Source: Planctomycetaceae bacterium (GTDB taxonomy: Bacteria; Planctomycetota; Planctomycetia; Planctomycetales; Planctomycetaceae). Taken from it: 64,000 bases of DNA. This document shows positions 38,869 through 48,203 of this stretch, piece after piece. Both the position numbers and the translations under genes were made by a program. The stretch lies in NCBI GenBank assembly GCA_035687365.1, contig DASRXU010000226.1:4911-68910 (forward strand), given 5' to 3'. The notes under the pieces are model-generated. The model was not told the DNA's origin and searched no databases. It saw only the letters and a program-made list of their open reading frames with translations. Each line of letters starts with the position of its first letter. Position 1 is the first letter of the stretch.

Positions 38869-40173
38869 TTAATCCGCCGAAAGACGCAGGTGGGCTTTGA
38901 CGTGATCGATGTGCTGCCGCAGCGTGTAATGCAAATCGGCATATCCGGTCGGCAAACGGAGGTGACTGGCGCGCTCCTCCAGATGATTCAAGCGGCCGAG
39001 CAGGTCTTCGGGACTCTTTTCAGCCTTCGCGGCCAATTCCAACTCAATCAGTCGCAGCTCGCCGTAGAGCCGGAAAATCCGTCGCCGCATGCTCCAGTTG
39101 TAGACCGCCGGCACCAGCCTCAGCAGTGGGTAGGCGACACCGATCACGGGGATCGAAAGCACTAACAACCGCCCGACGAGCACAGCCAGCCAGAACGGCA
39201 GATACCGTTGCAGGAACGGCCGTCCCGATTTGTAAAACTGCCGCGCTTCGGGGGAGAGCGGGATGTCGAATTGCTCGGCGGCTGGAAACTGTCCCGATTT
39301 GTGAAAGACCCCCGCACCCGAATGGACTTCTGTCGCCGCGTCGAGCAGCAGGTATTGAATTGCCGGATGCAGATCGTCCCGGACGACCAGGCTCGACTTC
39401 GGCGCCAAGAGCGTGACGTCCGTCGGCGGACGATCGGCGGCCAGGTTGCCAACACCGGCCGGCAACGTCAGCCGGTTGAGCGACGGATCGAGCATAACGT
39501 AAGCGTTCGCACGGGAAAAATTCGACAGCTCGACGCGAGAGTCGGCGAGCAGCCGTCGCACAATGGGTGCGTCCCACGACGTGACCAGAAAGGTCGCATC
39601 GATTTTGCCCGCAAGCAGTTGCTCGCCCGACTCGGTGAGCGGCAGCGGCAACAGGTTCGCCTCTCCCGGACCGATCCCGTTTAGCGACAACAGTTCCAGA
39701 GCGATCGCCCGGGAACCGCTCCCTTCGGGACCGATCGAAACTCTTCGGCCGCGCAGGCCCTCCAAGTGCAGGCCGGGCGCCGCCCCTCGGTAAAACAGCC
39801 ACAAGGGCTCATAGGAGATCGTGCCCAACGAAACCAGATTGGGCGACTCGGCGTCCGAGGTGAGCCCGTTCTGCACGAGGCCGACGCTCACATCCGATCG
39901 TGGGTCGCCGAGCCGGTTGAGATTTTCGACGGCGCCCGCCGACGGCACCAATTGCAGATCGACATGCGATCGCGCCAGGATGGCCCGATAACGCTGCGAG
40001 ACCTCGTCATAGGCACCTCCGGGGGTGCCGGTGCTCATCTTCACCACGCGCGGCGGGAACGGTCCTAGGTAGACGACGGTGGCAGCAATCGCACCAATGA
40101 TCAGCGTCGCGGCGGCGACGTAGAACCATTTCGCCGCGTGGCGTAGGGCGCGTTTGTCGGGTTGCCTCGTCAT
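38869..40173 (-). CDS. TAXI-family (TRAP-associated) solute-binding-like protein with N- and C-terminal TM segments
   Basis: MSTGTPGGAYDEVSQRYRAILARSHVDLQLVPSAGAVENLNRL...VSIGPEGSGSRAIALELL. C-terminal TM LPFWLAVLVGRLLVLSIPVIGVAYPLL plus a helical tail. Confidence 0.7.
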   Translation of the reverse strand: MTRQPDKRALRHAAKWFYVAAATLIIGAIAATVVYLGPFPPRVVKMSTGTPGGAYDEVSQRYRAILARSHVDLQLVPSAGAVENLNRLGDPRSDVSVGLVQNGLTSDAESPNLVSLGTISYEPLWLFYRGAAPGLHLEGLRGRRVSIGPEGSGSRAIALELLSLNGIGPGEANLLPLPLTESGEQLLAGKIDATFLVTSWDAPIVRRLLADSRVELSNFSRANAYVMLDPSLNRLTLPAGVGNLAADRPPTDVTLLAPKSSLVVRDDLHPAIQYLLLDAATEVHSGAGVFHKSGQFPAAEQFDIPLSPEARQFYKSGRPFLQRYLPFWLAVLVGRLLVLSIPVIGVAYPLLRLVPAVYNWSMRRRIFRLYGELRLIELELAAKAEKSPEDLLGRLNHLEERASHLRLPTGYADLHYTLRQHIDHVKAHLRLSAD

Positions 40174-40226
40174 CCTTCACCGTTCTCAAGAGCCAAGATT
40201 GCGGACGAGCGAGAGCCACTACCTCG

Positions 40227-41024
40227 TCAGAGCTTTGAGGCCCGAGTCAGCAGGTAATCCTGCCGTAGGGTGTTTTCCTCGTAGTATTCAGCGACCAAAT
40301 TCTCATATTCGCGGCGGAACGCGGCCAGTTTGTCCGGATCGGTCGCAGACAATGTTTCGACCAATTTGATCAACGGACCGACTGTCTTTTCGGCTCGCGT
40401 TCTGAAGTGCTGAGGACTGAGCGCGGGGGCCCGCATCGTGCCGCGATCGAAGACAATATCCTTCACGGCATTGCCCAGTCGCTGAGTCACGATCCCGGGG
40501 TCACCCCATTGCTGCGGCGGCGCGGCGCCGGGCGGTGGTGGAGGTGAATAGCGGGCCGTCAGCGCGAACATGCGCCCCATGAAGAGTTCGGGCGGCCATG
40601 TAGCGAAAGCGATCGTCCCGCCGGGCTTCAACACGCGGAGCATCTCGGCAACGGCGACCTCAGGGCGAGGCGCGAAGATATGGCCAAACTGGCTCGTGAC
40701 GACGTCGAACGCCGCGTCGGCAAAAGGCAATGCCTCGGCGTCTCCTTCGCGCCAATCGATTTCGACTCCCGCTATCTGTGAATTGTCGCGCGCTCGCTCG
40801 AGCAACGCCGGCGTGAGATCGAGGCCGGTCGCCCGCGCGCCGAGGCGTGCTGCCGTGACGGACACCACGCCGGTGCCACACGCGACGTCGAGGACATGTT
40901 GACCGGCGTGCACCCTGGCATGCTTCACCAGTTGAGCTGCGACCGTAGTCGTAAACATCTCGAGCGGCGCAAAATGGGCCCAACCGACCTTTTGTGCCGC
41001 CTTGAATGACTCAAACGGATCCAT
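40227..41024 (-). CDS. Class I SAM-dependent methyltransferase
   Basis: Motif I VLDVACGTGVVS, then GLDLTPALLERAR, DAAFDVVTSQFG, and LKPGGTIAF. Confidence 0.85.
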   Translation of the reverse strand: MDPFESFKAAQKVGWAHFAPLEMFTTTVAAQLVKHARVHAGQHVLDVACGTGVVSVTAARLGARATGLDLTPALLERARDNSQIAGVEIDWREGDAEALPFADAAFDVVTSQFGHIFAPRPEVAVAEMLRVLKPGGTIAFATWPPELFMGRMFALTARYSPPPPPGAAPPQQWGDPGIVTQRLGNAVKDIVFDRGTMRAPALSPQHFRTRAEKTVGPLIKLVETLSATDPDKLAAFRREYENLVAEYYEENTLRQDYLLTRASKL

Positions 41025-41301
41025 GGTCGCAGTTCTCCGAGCACACGTACGGCATCGAATGTCTTTGGACGTTGGACGCTAAACCCGGGCGGATTGTGTT
41101 GTCAACCCGCGGACCCCCCGACTCACTCGGCAGCAAATTCACGTCGGCATCGGCGTGATCGATCTGTTGGACTCGCGCACCGTGAACGTGTGGGCAGGCG
41201 ATAAGGTTCACGCGGCTCTCGACTCCCATATCCTTAGCGGCCACGTCGCGGGTAGGATGCAGCGACCTGAATTCACGCTCAACTTGTCAAAAGGAGCATC
41301 C

Positions 41302-42243
41302 ATGGCGGATTCTTCGTCGGCCAAAAGCGTGGCGGAACAGATCGTCGACGTGCAGCGAGCCATTGCCGGCCCGCATCCCGGTTTTCGCACAGTGCATGCC
41401 AAAGGCGTGGTCTGCACGGGAACATTCGTCGCCGGCCCCGAAGCCAAACGGATCAGCAAAGCGGCCCATTTTCAGGGGCAATCGGTTCCGGTGACTCTCC
41501 GCTTCTCCAACGGCAGCGGCGATCCGAATGGACCTGACGGCGCCCCCGACGTCCGGGGCCTGGCCGTGAAGTTTCTGTTGGCCGACGGTCGCAAGACCGA
41601 TCTCTTGGCCATCACGAACGAAGCGTTCCTCGTGCCGAAGGCCGAGGACTTTTTGGCTTTCTTGCGGACTAACCTTCCCGACCCGACGACCGGCAAGCCC
41701 AACCCCGACGCGGTTCCAAACTTTGTCCAAAGCCATCCGACCGTCGGCGCCTTCATCGGACGCTTGATGCAGAAGCCGGTCCCAGTCAGTCTTGCTCAGG
41801 CGGTGTACCACGCCATCAACGCGTTCCGTTTCACGGCGGCCGACGGGAGCAGCCGCTTCGGCCGCTATCGCTGGATCCCAGACGCCGGAGAGAAGTACCT
41901 CACGCCGGAAGAGGGCGCCAAGCAAGACGCGAACTTCCTGCGCACGGAACTCACGGCCCGCTTGGCAAAGGGCCCGGCGACGTTTCGCCTCCACCTGCAA
42001 ATCGCCGAACCCGGCGACCCGACCAAAGACCCGACGATCATCTGGCCCGCGGAGCGCCGCCTCGTCGAATTGGGCCGCCTGCAAATCGACTCCGTCTCTC
42101 CCACGAGTGAGGCTGACGAGAAACGCCTGATCTTCGACCCAATCAAGCTGACGGACGGCATCGATCTCACCGACGATCCTATCCCCGCAGCCCGCTCGGC
42201 GGCTTATTCCGTTTCCTACGAGCGGCGCACGAAAGAGATGTGA
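41302..42243 (+). CDS. Catalase-related peroxidase (small catalase-family haem protein)
   Basis: ATG 41302 preceded by AAGGAG (41291-41296). HPGFRTVHAKGVVCTGTFVA...VTLRFSNGSGDPNGPDGAPDVRGLAVKF...FDPIKLTDGI...RSAAYSVSYERR. Confidence 0.8.
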   Translation: MADSSSAKSVAEQIVDVQRAIAGPHPGFRTVHAKGVVCTGTFVAGPEAKRISKAAHFQGQSVPVTLRFSNGSGDPNGPDGAPDVRGLAVKFLLADGRKTDLLAITNEAFLVPKAEDFLAFLRTNLPDPTTGKPNPDAVPNFVQSHPTVGAFIGRLMQKPVPVSLAQAVYHAINAFRFTAADGSSRFGRYRWIPDAGEKYLTPEEGAKQDANFLRTELTARLAKGPATFRLHLQIAEPGDPTKDPTIIWPAERRLVELGRLQIDSVSPTSEADEKRLIFDPIKLTDGIDLTDDPIPAARSAAYSVSYERRTKEM

Positions 42244-42860
42244 GCGCAGTTAGCTCCTGCTGCGCGCAATTTCGCCAGATCTGAAGAAAACTGATCTTGG
42301 TCGAAAATCAAAACAGCGGACAATGAAATTAGGCGGATCTGAGGGGTCGCTGGTGGTCTTTTGTGTCGGTCCGCGTAGGGCGCGGTAGGCCAAATACCTC
42401 GGCGGGCCAAGAGTCTCATCCCGTCGCGCCGGGACGCGTTCTCTTAATAGACTTGGGGACCGCTGCCGTCCTGAAGCGTTGAAAGGCTGGCCGGTGGGAA
42501 CGGCATTCCCGGCGGGGTGGGAATGAATTTCTGAATAGGGGGGCGTGTGACGTTCCCGCCATCGGTCTGAGCGGGCCGGTCAGGTCTCAGAGCGGGACCG
42601 GCGGGAAACTGACTGGAAGTGGCAGGTCCTAACTTGCTTTTCGGTAAATGCTTGTGGCGAACCGCGGTCAGGTCCGGACACTTTCGCGCAATTGGGGACC
42701 CGGGTCCGGACCGACTATTCTGTCCCGACCCAGTCCCGGCCGTTGGTATCCCAACGCGATTGCCCTCCGCCTCCCGGTTACTCGGTCGACGCGGCCGCGG
42801 CAGCCAGCGTCATAGCGATCCAGCACGAATCCGCACCGGGTGCAGGGGCATTGCCCCTGC

Positions 42861-44312
42861 CTAGAAGTCGATTTTGGCGCTGATGCCGAGGACGAGGGCT
42901 GTGTCGATGTCTTGCGCGTTGGGAGGAATCGTGCGGTCGCGGGCCGGCAGGACGACTTGCAAGTCCGGCGTCACATGACAATAAGGCGTGACGGCGATGC
43001 TGTAGAACAGCTCCACCACTTGATCGTTGTCGATCGGCAAGAGCACTGGAGCGAAGTCGCGAACGGGCCCGGAGTAGCGTGTAAAAGCATAGCCGACGCC
43101 GAACGTATCGAGCGGGCGGTTGCTGATCGGGCTGCCGCCGTAGAGGGCGACGTTGGCGGTGAACCGGATCGGACTCGGCCCATTGTCGGCGACGCCAATG
43201 TTCGTAAAGACGCCGTACTCACGCTTCGCGTTGCAGGGATCGACCCACAGCGCCTGAGTGCCGGTGTAAAAGAGTGACCAGGAATCGCGGGTGAAATTCG
43301 GCGTGATGACAAGGCCTTGCGCGGGATCGAAGTACGCCGTCGGCGACAGATCGTTGTAGTTACCGGTGCCGAACGTGCCCGAGAGGCCTTGCGAGCCCGG
43401 CTTTCCGAAGAACTTCGTCGGCAGAGTGGCGTTGGCAAAGAGCGTCACACCGTTATCGAACAAGGTGTCGAAACCGCTGGTTGTGGGTGTGTTGTTCGTG
43501 TCGAGCACCATGAAGGTGAAGACGGGTGCGCCGTCTTGCAGGATGGCCGCTCCGGCTCCGAGGGTCGAGTACGGAACCGTTCGCGCGACGATCACGGGAA
43601 ACGACATCTGGAGGTTCCAGAAGCCGTCAAGTGCGCGAGCACCTGTGAACGGCATCTTGAACTCGTCGAGCATGTTCATTTTGCCGCCGAAGGTCACGAA
43701 GTTTTCCGAAAGCGCCTGCGTGAATTTTACGCCGGTGAGGGCGGTTTCCACGCCACTCGCCTTGGGGAACAATTCGGCGGTGTTCACGGGCATGAGCGCG
43801 CCGGTGTCGGTGTTCACCGAGTCGCCATAGCGGGTTTCGCCGTGCAACGTGATGAAGAAGCCTTTCCAGAGGCCGGCCTTTTCGCCGTCGATGTTTACGA
43901 AGTAGTCGTTGCGGCCGCCGTAACGGAAATTGTCGGTGATGCCTCCGCTCGCGACCCCCTGATAGATCTGATAGGTGTCGACATTGACGGTAATTCCGTG
44001 TGCGGCAAGCTGATCGCGCACGCCGCACACACTGCCCAACAGGTAAGGTCGTGTGCAGAGATCACCGTCAAAAGGCGATGGAGTGCATGCGGGCTGTTGG
44101 GTCAGAGGTTCACAAGCCTGGCCAGATGTCACCGTGGGCATCGGAGCCGTTGGAGAACTGGCGGAGGGCGCGCTCGGGGGAGCTGGGGGCGGTGCCATCG
44201 CCTCGGGCAGTGACAACGCGTTGTCGAAGCCGTTGTCGTCGCACCGAGCCAAGACCGACCCGGTGATCAAAAGGAGGATGGTCGCGAATAAGCGGATTGA
44301 AACTCGAATCAT
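42861..44312 (-). CDS. Carbohydrate-selective porin (OprB-family-like) outer membrane beta-barrel
   Basis: Start MIRVSIRLFATILLLITGSVLA (ATG 44310-44312). PYLLGSVCGVRDQLAAHGITVNVDTYQIYQGVASGG. Alternating beta-strand pattern throughout, with terminal ...LGISAKIDF. Confidence 0.65.
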   Translation of the reverse strand: MIRVSIRLFATILLLITGSVLARCDDNGFDNALSLPEAMAPPPAPPSAPSASSPTAPMPTVTSGQACEPLTQQPACTPSPFDGDLCTRPYLLGSVCGVRDQLAAHGITVNVDTYQIYQGVASGGITDNFRYGGRNDYFVNIDGEKAGLWKGFFITLHGETRYGDSVNTDTGALMPVNTAELFPKASGVETALTGVKFTQALSENFVTFGGKMNMLDEFKMPFTGARALDGFWNLQMSFPVIVARTVPYSTLGAGAAILQDGAPVFTFMVLDTNNTPTTSGFDTLFDNGVTLFANATLPTKFFGKPGSQGLSGTFGTGNYNDLSPTAYFDPAQGLVITPNFTRDSWSLFYTGTQALWVDPCNAKREYGVFTNIGVADNGPSPIRFTANVALYGGSPISNRPLDTFGVGYAFTRYSGPVRDFAPVLLPIDNDQVVELFYSIAVTPYCHVTPDLQVVLPARDRTIPPNAQDIDTALVLGISAKIDF

Positions 44313-44534
44313 GGACGCCCCCCCTCTGACCCGATTGAGCACGGCCCACCGGAGATATCGAAAATCGCCGACGCGCCGGTTTCATCGGCTGGCGCGTGCG
44401 CGCTACTTCGACACCATCAGGATTGGCAGGACAATCGTTTTACACCGTTCAAGCCGAACGCCGAACAGGTGCTGTTCTGCCGGTTGTTCGGGCTTTTCCG
44501 CCGGAGCGCCCCAGAGGGAATCGCGGGGAGCACT

Positions 44535-46109
44535 TCAGGTTTCTACCAACCGTTGAAGCACTTCATTTCGGCGGTCGTTGTCCACGATCATTCTGGCTAC
44601 GGGGAGCGCGGCCTCGGCCCCTTCATTTCCAGCGATTTCCAACGCACAAGCCGCCGTCGCTTCGTCGCGCACCTTCGCATCCTGAATGGCCTGGAGTGCC
44701 ACCGCCGCGACGTTGCTCTCGCCTTCCTCGGCCGACTCTCGTGCCAATTTGAGCAGTGTCTGGTCTCGTTGCGGGCCTGCGCTCATTGCGAGGGCTGCTT
44801 GCAGCTTGGTATTGCTGGCGATGACGTCTTGTTCGTTGCCGGAAAACAATGACGCGCCAAAACTCTCGACAAGGCCGGCCAGGATGCTGCACGCGATGCC
44901 GCCAAAGATCGCGTAATCCCGCGGAAAGATTTTGAAGGCGCTCGAGATGAACAACAGCGTGGCGGCCGTCCCGAGGATGCCCGCGGCGACGTGAACCAGT
45001 TGCCGAGCCACTTTCGGCTCGATGCCAAAGAGGCTGGTTACCCAGTGATCGGATGATGTTTCAGCGGCATGGCGGTTGGCGTTTTTCCCGTGCTCGTGGG
45101 CTCCCGGTATCTGTGTGCCGGCGTTTGTGATCATGTTGACTTGTTCCTTGATCTCACTGGCATGTTGATAGCGGCGGCCCGGTTCGGACTCGAGAGAGCG
45201 CAGCACAATGTCATCCAGACGCACGTCGACGTGCAGTGTCTTGGAGGGGACATCGAAGCGGCCGATCGGCAATTTTCCCGTGAGCATTTCGTAGAACACG
45301 ACGCCCAAGGAATAGATGTCGGCCCGATGATCAACCGAATGGGCCTGCTGCAACTGTTCGGGAGCCATGTAGCCCAGGGTCCCCATCAGTTGACCTGTTC
45401 CCGTCAGGGACAAGTCTTCGGCACCGCGGCCCAGGAGCTTGGCCAGGCCGAAGTCGGCAATCTTCACGCGGCCTTTCTTATCGATGAGGATGTTCTCGGG
45501 CTTGATGTCCCGATGCACGATTCCCTCGTCGTGCGCGAATTGCAACGCCTCGCAAATCTGGGGAACGATCCGCAGAGCCTGTTCCGGCTCGAGCTTTTCG
45601 CCGTGGATCAACGCTCGGAGATTGACGCCATCGACGTACTCCATCACGAAGTAAAAGAATTCGTCGGTCCGGCCGAAATCGTAAACTTGGACGATGTTCG
45701 GGTGGTTGAGTTGCGCAAGGGCCTGGGCCTCCCGCGTGAATCGCTCGGCGAAAGCCGGATCGGCCCCGACAGAGGGAGGGAGGATCTTGACGGCTACGAG
45801 GCGATTGAGATTGCGCTGCCGCGCTTTGTAGACGACGCCCATTCCCCCCTGCCCCAAATGCTCGAGGATCTCGAGCTGAGGAAATTGCTGGGCGAGAGTT
45901 TCAAGATAGGGACTCGCTGGCCGAGACGGCGGTGGCACTGTGGCCGCGGATCGATCTTGCGGAGCGAACGGCGGACTGGTTGCCTTCGAGTGGTCCGCGG
46001 TCGCTTGGCCGCCCAGGCCGGCCTGCATCAGGCACTTGGGGCAGATGCCGGCCGGTGCCTCGGACGAAAGCTGTGCGCCGCACTTGGGGCAGGTTCGTGT
46101 TTCCGTCAT
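44535..46109 (-). CDS. Ser/Thr protein kinase with N-terminal zinc ribbon and C-terminal TM/helical-repeat region
   Basis: Start MTETRTCPKCGAQLSSEAPAGICPKCL (ATG 46107-46109). GQGGMGVVYKA, VAVKIL, HRDIKPENIL, DFGLAK, GTLGYMAPEQ. TM VAAGILGTAATLLFISSAF. Confidence 0.9.
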   Translation of the reverse strand: MTETRTCPKCGAQLSSEAPAGICPKCLMQAGLGGQATADHSKATSPPFAPQDRSAATVPPPSRPASPYLETLAQQFPQLEILEHLGQGGMGVVYKARQRNLNRLVAVKILPPSVGADPAFAERFTREAQALAQLNHPNIVQVYDFGRTDEFFYFVMEYVDGVNLRALIHGEKLEPEQALRIVPQICEALQFAHDEGIVHRDIKPENILIDKKGRVKIADFGLAKLLGRGAEDLSLTGTGQLMGTLGYMAPEQLQQAHSVDHRADIYSLGVVFYEMLTGKLPIGRFDVPSKTLHVDVRLDDIVLRSLESEPGRRYQHASEIKEQVNMITNAGTQIPGAHEHGKNANRHAAETSSDHWVTSLFGIEPKVARQLVHVAAGILGTAATLLFISSAFKIFPRDYAIFGGIACSILAGLVESFGASLFSGNEQDVIASNTKLQAALAMSAGPQRDQTLLKLARESAEEGESNVAAVALQAIQDAKVRDEATAACALEIAGNEGAEAALPVARMIVDNDRRNEVLQRLVET

Positions 46110-46186
46110 CGGGGGTCTCCAACTTTCTCTCGCTGCCTCTTCTGACGGAAATAGGCGCAAGCGTAACAAGACTTTCTCAGAGATCT

Positions 46187-46948
46187 TCACAACTGGAGGG
46201 TGGCAAAAAGCTTGGAGATCTCGTCGTCGACGTCTTCCTCACCGTTCAAGGTCTCGGCAATCTCCTGCCGAAGCAACTCTCGATAGCGTCGCCGCAGGCG
46301 GCTGGCGGCCATTTTGACGGCGGCTTCCGTCGTGTTCAGCCGGGCGGCGGCATCCGCGTAGGTGCTGCCGGCGTGCTCGCCAATGAGAAAGGCCTTCAGT
46401 TCTTCGAACTGTTCGACCTTGCCCGCCTCGGCGGCTTCTGCTTCGAGTCGCTGGAGAATTCGGCCCAGCAGCGCAAGGGCCCATTCGCGATCGTAAATCT
46501 GCTCGGCTGTCAAACCGCGCGTGGGCTCGATGCGATAGCGCGAATCGGCGGACTCAAAGTCGAGCGGGATCGGAGCTTTTCCGCCGCCCCGCTTTAGGGC
46601 CCTGGCTCGCTCACGTTCCTTGGAGAGAAAATGCTTCAGAGACGTCAGCAGAAACGCGCGGAAACGACCCCGCTCGGCCTTGGCCGAGCCGACATAGTTC
46701 TTCGTCAGCAGCTCAGCAAAAAATGCTTGCGTCAAATCGTGGGCGTCATTGACGTCGCCCACCCGGCGACGGACGTAAGCATAGAGCGGATACCAATAGG
46801 CCTCGCACAACGCCTCCAAGGCACGCCGCGAATCGGGAGAGGACCGGCGACCGGCCACGAGCACGACGCTCCAGCGCGTCGCGGCAAATTCTCGGTCAGT
46901 CCCCAGAGTAGAGTTCGCCCGGTTCCTCGCCTTGGCCATCCTCACCAT
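46187..46948 (-). CDS. ECF-type RNA polymerase sigma factor (kinase-associated, ECF43-like)
   Basis: FAATRWSVVLVAG..., region 2 AYWYPLYAYVRRRVGDVNDAHDLTQAFFAELL, and region 4 YADAAARLNTTEAAVKMAASRLRRRYRELL. Located 77 nt upstream of the kinase gene on the same strand. No anti-sigma gene is visible. Confidence 0.8.
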   Translation of the reverse strand: MVRMAKARNRANSTLGTDREFAATRWSVVLVAGRRSSPDSRRALEALCEAYWYPLYAYVRRRVGDVNDAHDLTQAFFAELLTKNYVGSAKAERGRFRAFLLTSLKHFLSKERERARALKRGGGKAPIPLDFESADSRYRIEPTRGLTAEQIYDREWALALLGRILQRLEAEAAEAGKVEQFEELKAFLIGEHAGSTYADAAARLNTTEAAVKMAASRLRRRYRELLRQEIAETLNGEEDVDDEISKLFATLQL

Positions 46949-47075
46949 CGTAAGAACAGCCGGGGCCGTGTTCCACGGGCAATTCTGTCCCTCTCACACG
47001 GCCGAGCGGCGGCTCACTTGGAGGCGGAGTCATAACCACCCTCTCCCGGTACTCCGGGAGAGGGTTCCGCTACCT

Positions 47076-48164
47076 CTAATACGGAAGGACGTCGGGTGGC
47101 GGATAGCCGTGTTGCTCTCGGCCGACTGCCGCGTCGTATCTTTTGGTCGACTTGTAGAGTTCGAGGTGCCCGTCAGCCGCCAGTGGAGCGCAACGCTGCC
47201 GCAGCGACTCCATCTCCGAGGGGGGCATCGCCTGAAAGCCGCGGGCGATCGACAGATTCTGGTGAAGCACAGCAAGCGAGTCGATGCCGGTAATCGTGCA
47301 GGCCACGGGCAGACTCATCGCGTAACGCAGGGCCTCTTCGGCGCTGACGGCCCCATGGATCACAGGTTGTCCGTCGCCTCCTAAACTCTTCATGCCGAGC
47401 GCGGCCATGCCGCGGCGATTCACTTCCGGCAGCACCGCGCGCTCGAAGCTGCGATAGGTCGCGTCGAAACAATTCAGCGGCATCTGGACCGCGTCGAAGG
47501 GATAGTTGTGCGACAGCATCTTCAGATGGATCGCCGGATTCTTGTGGCCAGTGAACCCCGTGAAGCGAACCCTCCCGTCCTTCTTGGCCTGGTCGAGCGC
47601 CTCGATCGCGCCTCCTTTCGCGAAGTGCAAATCGGGATCGTTGTCGTAAACGACCTCGTGAATTTGCCAGAGATCCAGATGATCGGTGCGCAATCGCTTG
47701 AGCGACTCTTCCAACTGCTGCAGCGCGACCTGCTTGTCCCGCCCGTGCGTGCAGACCTTGGTCATCAGAAAGACCTTGTCGCGCCGGCCCACGAGCGCGC
47801 GGCCCATCAGATCTTCGCTGCGACCCTGGTTGTACTCCCAAGCGTTGTCCATAAAGGTCACGCCTGCGTCGACTGCTTCTTGCACAATTCGCGTCGCTTC
47901 GTCGAACGAACTGACGGTGCCCAAGTGGAAGCCGCCCAAGCCGAGAATCGAAACTCGCGCGCCGGTATTTCCCAAGGCCCTGCTCGGAATCATGCCCTGC
48001 CCGCCTTCCGTATTTTCGTTCGCCGCACCCAGAGCGCCGGATGCCGAATTCAGCGATCCCGCCAAAGCGACTCCCGTGCCGACCAAGCCTGTTTGCAGGA
48101 ATTGCCGACGGTTGGGTTCCGACAATTCATCAGCCAAGTCGGTCGGGTGTTCCCATTGATCCAC
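47076..48164 (-). CDS. Aldo/keto reductase with twin-arginine (Tat) signal peptide
   Basis: N-terminus ...SEPNRRQFLQTGLVGTGVALAGSLNSASGALGA (RR codons 48105-48110). AKR body LGLGGFHLG...DAGVTFMDNAWEY...LDLWQIHEV. Confidence 0.85.
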   Translation of the reverse strand: MDQWEHPTDLADELSEPNRRQFLQTGLVGTGVALAGSLNSASGALGAANENTEGGQGMIPSRALGNTGARVSILGLGGFHLGTVSSFDEATRIVQEAVDAGVTFMDNAWEYNQGRSEDLMGRALVGRRDKVFLMTKVCTHGRDKQVALQQLEESLKRLRTDHLDLWQIHEVVYDNDPDLHFAKGGAIEALDQAKKDGRVRFTGFTGHKNPAIHLKMLSHNYPFDAVQMPLNCFDATYRSFERAVLPEVNRRGMAALGMKSLGGDGQPVIHGAVSAEEALRYAMSLPVACTITGIDSLAVLHQNLSIARGFQAMPPSEMESLRQRCAPLAADGHLELYKSTKRYDAAVGREQHGYPPPDVLPY

Positions 48165-48203
48165 GCGCTGAGTCTCCTGAGGCGAATCGGAGCCGGTTCC
48201 TCT

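Noticed and set aside
42244-42860. ~600-nt gap containing a 122-codon stop-free minus-strand frame (42444-42809) ending ...PTPPGMPFPPASLSTLQDGSGPQVY*
   Set aside because: The only ATG/GTG/TTG start in that frame is an ATG 20 codons before the stop. The composition is Pro/Gly/Arg-rich, as expected by chance in GC-rich DNA, and there is no signal peptide. It is treated as non-coding, though a decayed gene cannot be excluded.
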